Positions 45,568 to 55,161 of a DNA stretch of 64,000 nt are shown one piece after another. This DNA comes from Bdellovibrionota bacterium (lineage in GTDB: Bacteria > Bdellovibrionota > UBA2428), in NCBI GenBank assembly GCA_035539375.1, contig DATLIP010000068.1, positions 11,383-75,382 on the forward strand, read 5' to 3'. The position numbers were made by a program, and so were the translations under genes. A model generated the notes under the pieces. It did not search any database. It was given only the letters and a program-made list of their open reading frames with translations, and was not told where the DNA came from. The first letter of the stretch is position 1; every line of letters begins with the position of its first letter.

Positions 45568-46770
45568 CTAGAGACACGCGTTTGTGTTGGGAGCGCTCAG
45601 CGCAAATCCCACCGCAATCTTAGCGAACAAAGCCGCATGATCAAAATTCGAACGAGCGTCCACCACGTCGCGTGACGTGTGGATGTTCTTGTTCATGGCG
45701 TCGAAGCTCGATTCAAAGGGCATCAGCGTGGCGTAGCCCTGACGGTGCCATGAGGCGTGATCGCTGCAGCCGTAGCCGCACTCATCTTCGATGAGCTTTG
45801 CGCCCAGCACGTTGGCGTTGAAATCTTTGAGCCACTGGCGCAGACGCGGATCAGTGAAGTCGGTCATCGAGGAGATCACCGCCGGACCATCGCCCGGGAA
45901 CATGGTCATGTCCAGTTGCAGCACGCCGCGGACTTGGACCTTTTGGCGTTTGCTGTCTTGTGCGATTTCTCCCGAGCCTAGAAGGCCCGCTTCTTCACCC
46001 GCGTACAAATAAACCACCACGTCGTGTGTGAGCTGCGCGCTGGCGCCTGCGAGGATGCGCACGGCTTCTAGCAGTGCGCCCACGCCCGAAGCGTTGTCAT
46101 CGGCACCGGGCGCTTGCGGATCGCCCCATCCCCAACCGTTGATCGAATCCAGATGCCCGCCGAGCACCACGATGGGGGCCGAGGGCGCACCCGAGCGGAT
46201 GTGTACGCGCAGAGACTTTTGCGGCGTGCTGCTGTGGCTGACGGTTTCGACACTCACATTGCTGTGAGCGGCAACAAGCGCGCGCAATCGCGATTGCAGG
46301 GCGAGCACGGGCTCATTGGCGCTGCGCGACTCATGGTAGCGCGTGCGAAAGCTCGAGTACCAACGCACGTGCTCTTCGAGGTTTGCGGCTTTCACTTGAT
46401 CGGCGAGCGGGCGTACGGTGTCCCATACGGCTGGCGCGGTAGGGGCGCAGGCGCCCTGCGGTCGTAGGCGAAGTCGTTTGAGTTCTGCGATGGCCGTGAG
46501 CGGCGTGGTGTCTTTTGCAGAAACCTTTTCGTAGCCGCCGCAGCGACCTGCGAGGTGGGCATTTTTGGAGATCACGCTTTCGTTGTCGCGTGAGGCTTTG
46601 AGCATGGCAATCTTGTGATCTTCGTCGAGAAAAATGATTTCAGATTTCGCAATGCCGCGCAAAAAGGGAGTGCCGGTGATGAGAAAAGGTGACGCGGCGT
46701 CAGGCTTGGACTGTGCTATTGTGGCACCAAAAAAGGTAGTTGCGAGGCCTACGATGCGAAGAGTCTTCAT
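45568..46770 (-). CDS. Secreted M28-family aminopeptidase
   Basis: 400 aa. Signal peptide. Zinc ligand motifs GGHLDS, GADDNASGVGALLE, YAGEEAGLLGS, CSDHASW. Confidence 0.85.
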   Translation of the reverse strand: MKTLRIVGLATTFFGATIAQSKPDAASPFLITGTPFLRGIAKSEIIFLDEDHKIAMLKASRDNESVISKNAHLAGRCGGYEKVSAKDTTPLTAIAELKRLRLRPQGACAPTAPAVWDTVRPLADQVKAANLEEHVRWYSSFRTRYHESRSANEPVLALQSRLRALVAAHSNVSVETVSHSSTPQKSLRVHIRSGAPSAPIVVLGGHLDSINGWGWGDPQAPGADDNASGVGALLEAVRILAGASAQLTHDVVVYLYAGEEAGLLGSGEIAQDSKRQKVQVRGVLQLDMTMFPGDGPAVISSMTDFTDPRLRQWLKDFNANVLGAKLIEDECGYGCSDHASWHRQGYATLMPFESSFDAMNKNIHTSRDVVDARSNFDHAALFAKIAVGFALSAPNTNACL

Positions 46771-46936
46771 ATAAATTCAGGTTAACGCTAAAAAATAAAA
46801 AAGATATCGGCCCTTTTGCGTGAATGAAAAATTTCTCTCTAGAACTCACGTGATGAATTTGTGTTAACGATGCGAATTGTAAAGTTTTTATCTATGTAGA
46901 TTTTGATTCATGGCCGATCCATGTTAATTTTTATCC

Positions 46937-49171
46937 ATGAGCCATTTGCCGTATCTCATTCAAGATTTGTGTTTCATTCTCATGACGGCGGCGGTCGTTT
47001 CGCTCATCTTCAAAAAGCTCAAACAACCCGTGGTGCTCGGTTATTTGATCGCGGGATTTCTCGTCTCCTCGCACTTTCAGTTCTTGCCCTCGATCAAAGA
47101 CACCGCCAACATCACCATCTGGGCGGAGATCGGGGTGATCTTTTTGCTCTTCGGGTTGGGCCTGGAGTTCTCCTTTAAAAAACTCGCCAAAGTGGGCAAG
47201 AGCGCCTCGATCACGGCCACCTTCGAAATCTTCTTCATGCTCGGCACAGGCTATCTCATCGGCCGCGCCCTAGGCTGGTCGAATATGGACTCGCTCTTTT
47301 TGGGCGGCATCCTTTCGATCTCCTCCACCACGATCATTGTGAGGGCCTTCGAAGAGCTCGGCATGAAGGGCAAAAACTTTGTGACCCTCGTGTTCGGCGC
47401 CCTGATCGTGGAAGACCTCATTGCGATTCTCTTGATGGTGCTCCTCACCTCTGTGGCCGTATCGCAAACACTCTCGGGTTCGGCACTCTTTCAGTCTTCG
47501 CTTCGCCTGGGATTCTTTTTGGTGCTGTGGTTTTTGCTGGGCATCTACATCTTGCCCATCGTGCTGCGCCGGCTGCGCGATTACTTGTCTGACGAAACCA
47601 TCCTTATCGTCTCCATCGGGCTCTGCCTCACGATGGTGGTCGTGGCCAACAGCGTGGGCTTTTCTCCGGCGCTCGGGGCCTTTGTGATGGGCTCGATTCT
47701 TGCCGAAACGCGCGAAGGCCACCGCATCGAGCATCTCATGCTCCCTGTGAAGGACCTCTTCTCTGCCGTCTTCTTTGTCTCGGTAGGCATGCTCATCGAT
47801 CCGACGGTGCTCAATGAGTACTTTTGGGTGATTCTCTTGATCACTGTGGTGACCATCGTGGGCAAATTTCTCAGCACCGCTGTGGGGGCGCTGATCTCGG
47901 GCCGCAGCCTACGCACTTCGGTGCAGGCCGGAATGAGCCTTGCGCAGATTGGCGAATTTTCTTTTATCATCGCCACACTCGGTTTGACCCTTAAAGTGAC
48001 GAGCCCCTTTCTCTATCCCATCGCGGTGGCCGTTTCGGCCGTGACAACCTTCACCACGCCTTATCTCATCAAATATTCGGGCCCTTTCCACACATGGATC
48101 GAGCGGCGTTTGCCTGACAACCTCAAAGCTTCGCTCGCGCGTTACGAATCGGCGATGTCGACAACTTCGGAGAAGGGCGCCTTTTCACTGCTCTGGGACG
48201 AGTACGGCATGAAGATCGTTTTTAACTCGGTGATCACCATCGGCATCACGCTCGCGATGAGCCGCTTGGTGGAGCCACAGGTCGCCGCCATGGGGCTGAT
48301 CACGAACCCCGCGGTGCTCGACCTTGTGATGTGTTCGGTGGCGCTCACACTCGCCAGTCCCTTTCTTTGGGCGGTCTTTGTGGGCGGGCCCGCGCACGCG
48401 AACCTTTACCGGGGTGAGATCATCAACCAGCTGCGCCGTTTGCAACTGGGTCTCTACTTTGTGCGCTTTATGATTGGCTGTGCGCTTGCCGCTTTCTTGG
48501 TGTCGAATTTCACATCGATCCTCGCCTTTTCGGGTTTGCTCTTTGTGGTGCTCGCTGCGGTGGGAGCTTTTTTCTTTAGTCGTTATTCGGAGCCCATCTA
48601 CAATTCGATCGAGACCAAGTTTATCGAGAACCTCACCGAGAACGAGCGCGCCGAACTTGAAAAGCGCACCAAGATTCCCGAGCTCGCGCCCTGGAACGCC
48701 ACTCTTGTGGATTTTGAACTTTCGCCAGACTCCACGCTCGTTGCCAAATCGCTGCAAGAGTCTTTGCTCAAGGAGCGCTTTGGTGTGACGATTGCCATGA
48801 TCGAACGCGGCTCGCGCAAGATCCTTGCTCCCGTGCGCACGGATTTGCTCTTGCCCTACGATCGCATCTATCTCATCGGCACCGACGAGCAGCTCACCGC
48901 TGCAAAGGCGGTGATCGAAGTCGACGCCGTACCGGTCGATGGCAATTCTAGCCATTACGGACTCATGGCGCTGACGGTGGCATCGACAGATGTTTTTGTG
49001 AACAAGCCGATCCGCGAATGCGGACTCCGCGAGGCGGTCAACGGGCTGATTGTCGGCCTGGAGCGCAACGGCCAGCGCATGCTGAGCCCCGACTCCGGAA
49101 TGATGCTGCTAGAGAACGATCTGATTTGGCTTGTGGGCGACAAAGCCCTGATCCAAGCCCTGCGTTCCTAG
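46937..49171 (+). CDS. CPA2-family cation:proton antiporter with two C-terminal RCK_C (TrkA-C) domains
   Basis: 744 aa. N-terminal Na+/H+ exchanger pattern (LKQPVVLGYLIAGFLV...). Extra TM block. Two TrkA-C-like segments (LVDFELSPDSTLVAKSL...; LMALTVASTDVFVNKPIRECGLRE...). Confidence 0.8.
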   Translation: MSHLPYLIQDLCFILMTAAVVSLIFKKLKQPVVLGYLIAGFLVSSHFQFLPSIKDTANITIWAEIGVIFLLFGLGLEFSFKKLAKVGKSASITATFEIFFMLGTGYLIGRALGWSNMDSLFLGGILSISSTTIIVRAFEELGMKGKNFVTLVFGALIVEDLIAILLMVLLTSVAVSQTLSGSALFQSSLRLGFFLVLWFLLGIYILPIVLRRLRDYLSDETILIVSIGLCLTMVVVANSVGFSPALGAFVMGSILAETREGHRIEHLMLPVKDLFSAVFFVSVGMLIDPTVLNEYFWVILLITVVTIVGKFLSTAVGALISGRSLRTSVQAGMSLAQIGEFSFIIATLGLTLKVTSPFLYPIAVAVSAVTTFTTPYLIKYSGPFHTWIERRLPDNLKASLARYESAMSTTSEKGAFSLLWDEYGMKIVFNSVITIGITLAMSRLVEPQVAAMGLITNPAVLDLVMCSVALTLASPFLWAVFVGGPAHANLYRGEIINQLRRLQLGLYFVRFMIGCALAAFLVSNFTSILAFSGLLFVVLAAVGAFFFSRYSEPIYNSIETKFIENLTENERAELEKRTKIPELAPWNATLVDFELSPDSTLVAKSLQESLLKERFGVTIAMIERGSRKILAPVRTDLLLPYDRIYLIGTDEQLTAAKAVIEVDAVPVDGNSSHYGLMALTVASTDVFVNKPIRECGLREAVNGLIVGLERNGQRMLSPDSGMMLLENDLIWLVGDKALIQALRS

Positions 49172-49176
49172 TTTTT

Positions 49177-49434
49177 TTAAACTTCGATGTTCTTGTCGCC
49201 CCGGCCCTTGGCTTTGTAGGCGATGAGGGCACCGAGCACGAGGCCGAAGCCGGCTCCCCAGAGCTGGCAGAGCAGGAAATTTCTGATGGACCAGTTGAGC
49301 ACCGGGGTGCAGTCGATCACCGTGACGGGCGATTGGAAGTACCAGGCCATGAATTTCGGGGCGATGAGACTGGCGATCAGCAGGCCCACGAAGGCCGTCG
49401 AAAGTAGCAAGAGCAGCGACTTAGGGATTTTCAT
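49177..49434 (-). CDS. Small two-TM membrane protein, hypothetical
   Basis: 85-aa ORF with two hydrophobic segments. No recognisable motif. Confidence 0.35.
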   Translation of the reverse strand: MKIPKSLLLLLSTAFVGLLIASLIAPKFMAWYFQSPVTVIDCTPVLNWSIRNFLLCQLWGAGFGLVLGALIAYKAKGRGDKNIEV

Positions 49435-49478
49435 AGTTTCCCAAATCTAAGGCTTTCGCGCAGAGCTGACAAGACCCC

Positions 49479-50015
49479 CTAAAGGTCGAAGAAATGCTCA
49501 AGGGCCACGTACTCGGTAGAGGGCATGGGCCCGGATTCGCGGGTGGAGTCGCCCAGGCTACAAATCAAAAATTGCTTTTGGACTTTTAAAAGCGCCTTTT
49601 GCCACTCGCTGCGCAAAAAGTCACGGCCATCGAGCCGCGCTTGGCGTTTCATCATGCGCAGGGTCTGGGGGGAGTTTTGCTCGAGCAGCTCTAGGATATA
49701 ACGCTCGACCTCGCCGAGCGGGCTGCGCTGGATCTGAGCGCGCAATTCTTTGGCCTTGGCAAAGGAGACAAAGACCGGCTGGTTTGTGAAGAAACGCCCA
49801 TAGAGTACCTTTTTAGAGGCGGCGATTTCGTTTTTCAGCCACCAGAGTTTCACAACCTTGTCGTCGCCGTTCTCATCCCAAACCCAGGAAAACGTCGAGC
49901 GAGGGTGCAAAAAGCGAAAGAGCGAAGGCAGGGCGCGCTTGCCCTTGGCAGGGAAAACGCTCACAACGCCTTCGCGCTGGATGAATTCAAGACAGGACTT
50001 GAGGCGCTGGCTCAT
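49479..50015 (-). CDS. Hypothetical protein (possibly winged-helix / YcaQ-AlkZ-like fragment)
   Basis: 178-aa ORF with a normal composition and no TM. The family resemblance is only an impression. Confidence 0.3.
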   Translation of the reverse strand: MSQRLKSCLEFIQREGVVSVFPAKGKRALPSLFRFLHPRSTFSWVWDENGDDKVVKLWWLKNEIAASKKVLYGRFFTNQPVFVSFAKAKELRAQIQRSPLGEVERYILELLEQNSPQTLRMMKRQARLDGRDFLRSEWQKALLKVQKQFLICSLGDSTRESGPMPSTEYVALEHFFDL

Positions 50016-50024
50016 GACTGCGCA

Positions 50025-52388
50025 TCAGGGTCTGGGGTTGTCGATTGCGTTGCTCAACTGCAGCGAGAGGCCAACAAGCTCACGCTCGTCGAAATGACGT
50101 TCGTAGAGCTTTTTGCCGCGCTCGAGCAGTTTTGCGAGAGCTGCATCGCGGGCGGCGCCTGCGGGCGCGTTTTTCCACGCATCCTCTAATTTTTTAAGTT
50201 CGAGCAGGCGCTTTTCCATTTCCACAAAGAAAGCGCTCACATCGTAGCGCGATCCCGGGGTGTTGATGAGTGTGAGGAGCGTCTTTGGAAAGGAGATGAA
50301 TTTTTCGCCTATGGGGTCGCCCTGCTGATTGTACTGCTCCTCATAATAACCCTTTGGACGTTTCTGGGCGGGCTTGATGGCCTGGGCGCGAGCGATGGCA
50401 ATGTTCAGCGGTGAGGCACCTTCTTTGAGCTCTTTGAAAGAGCGGAAGAAGCCGGCCACGAAGGTCGTTTGATCTGCGACGCTACGCGAGAGTTCCCACT
50501 CAGAAACGATCTGTGCTTGTGGGTTGGGAGCTGCGGCAATGCGATCGAGGGCGGCATTGAGAGTGGCATCTAGTTGTAGGGCGCGCTCACCAGTGAAGAT
50601 GCCTACCACTATCGGATCGATCAGTTTGGGCTCGGATTTGAGCATGTCTTCGCGTCCATACCAGATGGAGCCAATCACGACTCTGGGAACGATGCTGCGC
50701 ATGGGGTTCTCGGTGACCGAATCCCGCCCCCAGTGCAAGTAGTCTTCGAAGGTGTTTGCGTAAACACCGACGATGCCGAATTTCGAGTGCGTAGTGTTGG
50801 GCTGGTAGTTATCATAGAGGTGATCGTTGGCAAGTTTTGAGAGCGCGAGGTACCATTTGGTGTCTTCGAGTCCGGCCGTAGCCTTTTTTTCGTAAGACTT
50901 GAGCATCATGGCAACCGTGCGCTGAAAGGGCTGGCTAGCTCCCACCACGCCGCCGCGGCTCGTCCACACTTCATTCACGGTTTCAGCATTCACAAAGAAG
51001 CGTCCGTCCTGGCGCAAGCGGTTCGAGTTTTTGTAATCGTTGGGATTGAAGGCCGAGAGGTTCAGAGACCACTGGTCTTCGTCGGTTTTTTTGATTTCCA
51101 CGTACTCGCGAACCGCATTGCTGCGCATGACTTCGTGGTAGGGAAGTTTGTCGAAATCGCTGCCGCTGTTGCCGCGGCTGTCGAGCTTCATCAGGACAAA
51201 GTTTTGTTCGGGCAGATTGGGGTCGAGGTCCACCGCGGTGCCGATGTCGAAAAGTTCGTACTGGTCGGAGAAGATGTCAGGAGGAAGTTTGTCACCCTCA
51301 AAACCGGCCTTTTCGAAGTCGTTGTTGGCCGAAATGTGACCGATGGTGGATTTCTCTTTGAGGTGGCTCAAGTTGAGCTTTTCGATGGCGCGTCCGCTGT
51401 AAGGAATCGTAAGAAAGTTTTTGAATTCATCGAAGCTCACGATGCCGTAAGATCCTGTGTCGTCTTCACAGGACTCGAGGACGGGAGAATTTTTGGCGTA
51501 GGTCACCGGCCCGCCAAAGACGAATTTTGTTTGGACTTCGCCCTCTGGGGTCTCGATCTCGAGCAAAAATACTTGATGAAGCGAGGTGACGTAATTGGGT
51601 TCTCCGCGAGGGGTCTGAGAGACGCGAACCTTGGAGTCGATGCGGTCGCCGAGGCGAGATTCGAGGATATCTTTCCATTCCTGAGTGATGGCAAAGGTCT
51701 GGTTTGCGGCTTCCCCGCTGCCCCGTACGTTGTAATAGTGGTAGGGAACAAAGTCGTCGTTGCCACGCGAGAAGACCGCGCTATAGAGCACGCGGCGCAA
51801 TTTATAGCGGGCTTCGTCGTAGCGGTATTCTTCTTCGTTGTAGGTGCGGTTTCTGAAGCTGAGGTCAAAGTGTTTTGCCGTGGCGTCGTAATGGCAGACA
51901 AAAGACCAAACTCCGCTGCAAAGGCCCACGATGTGAGTTTTCTGCTCCTTACCGTCTTTGCTGAGGTCAAAGCTGAGCCAGCCGATGGGAAACTTGGTGC
52001 CCCCGAGTTCCGCCAGAATAAAGCGACCGAGGCTGTCTTGCGTCGCGAGTGTTTCGAGCTCGGCGACTTCGGCTGCGCTCACCTTTTGGCTTTTGAGGAG
52101 ACTTTCTTTGAGGCCGGCGAGGTCTTGGCTGAGGCGGGTCTTGGGCCGTGCGCTGAGCTCAAAGGTTTGCTGAGCTTTTTTGCCAGCCAGGTCTTCGCAG
52201 GCGGCTAAGTAGAATTCGAGGCGGTCGCCGTTTTCCACAAAACAAACCGGCGTTTCGGACTGCACGAGCTTAAAGAATTCCCGGGTGTTGGAATAAAGGC
52301 GCGAATGGTCGATGACGCCGGCGCGGGCGAGGCTTGCGCAAAACAAAAGAAGGGTCACGGTGAATAGTGAACGGTAGGCTTTTGTCAT
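50025..52388 (-). CDS. Large secreted hypothetical protein
   Basis: 787 aa. Signal peptide (FTVTLLLFCASLARAGV). No motif I can assign. Confidence 0.55.
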   Translation of the reverse strand: MTKAYRSLFTVTLLLFCASLARAGVIDHSRLYSNTREFFKLVQSETPVCFVENGDRLEFYLAACEDLAGKKAQQTFELSARPKTRLSQDLAGLKESLLKSQKVSAAEVAELETLATQDSLGRFILAELGGTKFPIGWLSFDLSKDGKEQKTHIVGLCSGVWSFVCHYDATAKHFDLSFRNRTYNEEEYRYDEARYKLRRVLYSAVFSRGNDDFVPYHYYNVRGSGEAANQTFAITQEWKDILESRLGDRIDSKVRVSQTPRGEPNYVTSLHQVFLLEIETPEGEVQTKFVFGGPVTYAKNSPVLESCEDDTGSYGIVSFDEFKNFLTIPYSGRAIEKLNLSHLKEKSTIGHISANNDFEKAGFEGDKLPPDIFSDQYELFDIGTAVDLDPNLPEQNFVLMKLDSRGNSGSDFDKLPYHEVMRSNAVREYVEIKKTDEDQWSLNLSAFNPNDYKNSNRLRQDGRFFVNAETVNEVWTSRGGVVGASQPFQRTVAMMLKSYEKKATAGLEDTKWYLALSKLANDHLYDNYQPNTTHSKFGIVGVYANTFEDYLHWGRDSVTENPMRSIVPRVVIGSIWYGREDMLKSEPKLIDPIVVGIFTGERALQLDATLNAALDRIAAAPNPQAQIVSEWELSRSVADQTTFVAGFFRSFKELKEGASPLNIAIARAQAIKPAQKRPKGYYEEQYNQQGDPIGEKFISFPKTLLTLINTPGSRYDVSAFFVEMEKRLLELKKLEDAWKNAPAGAARDAALAKLLERGKKLYERHFDERELVGLSLQLSNAIDNPRP

Positions 52389-52523
52389 GGCCGAAGTCTT
52401 ATGGGGCCGTGGACGGACCTGTCAAACCAAGCCTTCTTTACATCGGCGGGGCCGGAGAGATTCTCCGCGCCATGGATCTTGTGCGAGACCTTGTAGAGGC
52501 CCTAAGATATCAATTTTCCAGCT

Positions 52524-53474
52524 ATGTCGACATCTGCAGAGTTTTTGGGACCCCTCGCTTCGTTTCTCGCTTCGCTCACTTGGGCGGTGGGGGTGCTGGG
52601 CTACGCCAAACTCTCGGAGACCTATCCCGCCTACATCATCAACCTCCACCGCATCTTGGTGGGCTTGCCCGCGGCGTGCTTGATACTGTCGATTATGGGC
52701 GGCTGGGGCGAGTCGCTCGCGCTCGTGAACAGCTCCAAGGTGAGCTGGGCTGTGGTGGTGGTGCTCTCGAGCTACGCTTTTGGCGATGCGCTCTTTTTTA
52801 TGGCCACCAAGCGTCTCGGCGGCCCGGGTGCCCTGGCCATCGCGTCGGTATACCCTTTGTGGTCGGCGCTCTATGGCGCCACCTTCGAAGGCCAGATGCT
52901 GAGTGGCACACAGATCGCCGCCATTGTCGTGGTTGTGGCGGGCGTGGTGGCGGTGATCCTCTCTGGAGCTAAGAACGAAGACCTTGCCCCGGGGATTCCA
53001 CGTGTGCAGGAGATCCAAACCCCGCCGCGAAGGTTTTTACTCATGCCGCAGCCTTGGGGTTTTGTTCTCGCGATTCTCGCCTCGCTCTGTTGGTCGATGA
53101 ACACGATCGCGGTCTCGAAGCTCGGCGAAGGCATGAACGCGGTCTTTGTAAACGTGCTGCGCCTGAGCATCGCGCTTGTGCTGTGCCCGCTGATCGGTGT
53201 TGCGATGAACGACCGCGCTTCGCTAAAACTTTTCACATGGAAAAGTTTTAAACCCTTTGTGCTGGTCTTCGCCGTAGAGTCGATCATGGGACCGATTTTT
53301 TACGTCTACGGCCTCAGTCACTCGCAGCTGGCCATCGGCGCTGCCTTGACATCTCTTGCTCCGGCCATTTCTGTTCCGGTGGCGATCGCCCTGGGGCGAG
53401 AAAAATTCTCCTGGCTCAAAAGCGCCGGCATTGTTGCCGTCGTGGCAGGTATCTGGCTCATGCTAAAAGCATAG
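52524..53474 (+). CDS. EamA/DMT-superfamily transporter
   Basis: 316 aa, about 10 TM arranged as two 5-TM halves, with typical EamA-like composition. Confidence 0.65.
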   Translation: MSTSAEFLGPLASFLASLTWAVGVLGYAKLSETYPAYIINLHRILVGLPAACLILSIMGGWGESLALVNSSKVSWAVVVVLSSYAFGDALFFMATKRLGGPGALAIASVYPLWSALYGATFEGQMLSGTQIAAIVVVVAGVVAVILSGAKNEDLAPGIPRVQEIQTPPRRFLLMPQPWGFVLAILASLCWSMNTIAVSKLGEGMNAVFVNVLRLSIALVLCPLIGVAMNDRASLKLFTWKSFKPFVLVFAVESIMGPIFYVYGLSHSQLAIGAALTSLAPAISVPVAIALGREKFSWLKSAGIVAVVAGIWLMLKA

Positions 53475-53545
53475 TTTGAGCAAAGTGATTTTCATGTCGA
53501 CCCCGAATAAAAATCACCCTTCGCTCCCTTCCCCCGCCGTCGTGT

Positions 53546-54448
53546 TTAATAGGCACCCGTTTTCAGGCGCTCAATGCGCACCGCAAGAGGGGGGTGTGTC
53601 GAGAGCAAGCTAAGAAAGCTAGAGGACTTGCCGGAGATTTTGAAAGCCGCGAGTGCAGGCTGCGCATTTTCTTCGTCCTGGTGGCTTGGGCGTGCGACAA
53701 AGCGTTGTAGCGATTCGAGAGCGGCGACCATCTTGTCGCGACCCGAGAGGTTTGCGGCACCGGCATCGGCGCGGAACTCGCGGTGGCGCGAGACATAAGC
53801 GACAACGAACATGGCAAGAAACGAGAAGGCGATTTCGAGCACGATCGTGGTGAGCATATTCACGAGAGGGCGCGACTCTTCTTTAACGTTTTGGCTGATG
53901 GCAAAGGCGATGATGCGCGCAAAGAACATCACAAAGGCGTTCACCACGCCCTGCACGAGCGTCATGGTGACCATGTCGCCGTTGGCGATGTGCGCCACTT
54001 CGTGAGCGAGCACGCCTTCTACAGAGTTCTTGTCGAGTTGTTCCATTAGGCCCGTAGAGACGGCCACGAGTGAGCGGTTCTTGGTGGGGCCGGTGGCAAA
54101 GGCGTTGGGGTCGGGGCTGCGGTAGACACCGACTTCGGGCATCACGTCGAGGTTCGCGCGTCGCGCGATTTCGTGCACTTTGCCCACGAGCCAAGCTTCG
54201 TCAGGATTTGCGGGGCTTTTGATGACTTGCACGCCCATGGTCCATTTGGCGAGCACGCGCGAGAGAGCCAGAGAGATGAAGGCGCCGCCCATGCCCCATA
54301 CGAGGCAGAAGATGGCGAGGCTATTGTAATCGATGCCGTTGGCGGTGAGATAGGGGCGCACGCCAAGCACGTTCAACACGATCGAAATCGTGGCCACCAC
54401 GAGCAAGTTGACGAGCACAAAGGTCAAAATTCTTTTGGCAAAATTCAT
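53546..54448 (-). CDS. htpX: Zinc metalloprotease HtpX (M48)
   Basis: HEVAHIANGDMVTMTLVQGVVNAF and NAFATGP..SLVAVSTGL are nearly identical to E. coli HtpX motifs. Start placed at MNFAKRILTF (54448). Confidence 0.9.
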   Translation of the reverse strand: MNFAKRILTFVLVNLLVVATISIVLNVLGVRPYLTANGIDYNSLAIFCLVWGMGGAFISLALSRVLAKWTMGVQVIKSPANPDEAWLVGKVHEIARRANLDVMPEVGVYRSPDPNAFATGPTKNRSLVAVSTGLMEQLDKNSVEGVLAHEVAHIANGDMVTMTLVQGVVNAFVMFFARIIAFAISQNVKEESRPLVNMLTTIVLEIAFSFLAMFVVAYVSRHREFRADAGAANLSGRDKMVAALESLQRFVARPSHQDEENAQPALAAFKISGKSSSFLSLLSTHPPLAVRIERLKTGAY

Positions 54449-54573
54449 ATGCGAGGTCGATTTTATCGGAAGCGGGCTTTGGGTCAACTGATGCCAAATT
54501 GGCTCCATATTGGCGTTTGGCAAAGCTTTTCTCGTCGACAAAAGCTGGGGGGGGCGGGTACAAAACCCTAAAT

Positions 54574-55161
54574 ATGAAGCTTTTTGCTAAAGCGCTGTCT
54601 GGAATCCGTAGGCTTCGTCGTTACGTAGATCGTCCCTGGTACCCCTTCGCTTTGGCGGGGCTCACCTTCATCGATTTCTTTGTTGTTTTTGTGCCCAGCG
54701 ACGGCATCATCGTGGCCTCGTCCATGGCGCGTCCCAAAAAATGGTTTTCACTCGGCGCCGCGATGGCGCTCGGCTCTCTTTTGGGTGGCATCCTGCTTGC
54801 CGAACTCAGCCGTCACTACGGCGAACCTTTCATCAACTGGATGTCCCCGGGACTTTTGAATAGCGAATCTTGGCAGCTCGCCGAATCGTGGATCGAGCGC
54901 CACGGCGTGTGGGCGCTTTTCTTGGTGGCGGCCTCACCCTTTGCGCAGCAGCCCAGCATTTTGCTCGGCGGTCTGACCGACATGCCTCTCTACGAAATCG
55001 CCTTCGCGCTCGGTACCGGCCGTCTGATCAAATTTCTTACTTACGCGTGGATCGCAAGTCACACGCCCAAGCTCGTCAAGAAGATCCCCGCGCTCAGTGG
55101 TGAGCTTGAGGAACTTGAGGCGGGCGGCCCTGAAAAAGACGTGCCCGAACAAAGTCGCTGA
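54574..55161 (+). CDS. YqaA/DedA-like (VTT domain) membrane protein
   Basis: Start placed at MKLFAKALSG. 4-5 TM. Loose similarity to the YqaA pattern (FIDFFVVFVPSDGIIVA...LGSLLGG...). Confidence 0.5.
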   Translation: MKLFAKALSGIRRLRRYVDRPWYPFALAGLTFIDFFVVFVPSDGIIVASSMARPKKWFSLGAAMALGSLLGGILLAELSRHYGEPFINWMSPGLLNSESWQLAESWIERHGVWALFLVAASPFAQQPSILLGGLTDMPLYEIAFALGTGRLIKFLTYAWIASHTPKLVKKIPALSGELEELEAGGPEKDVPEQSR

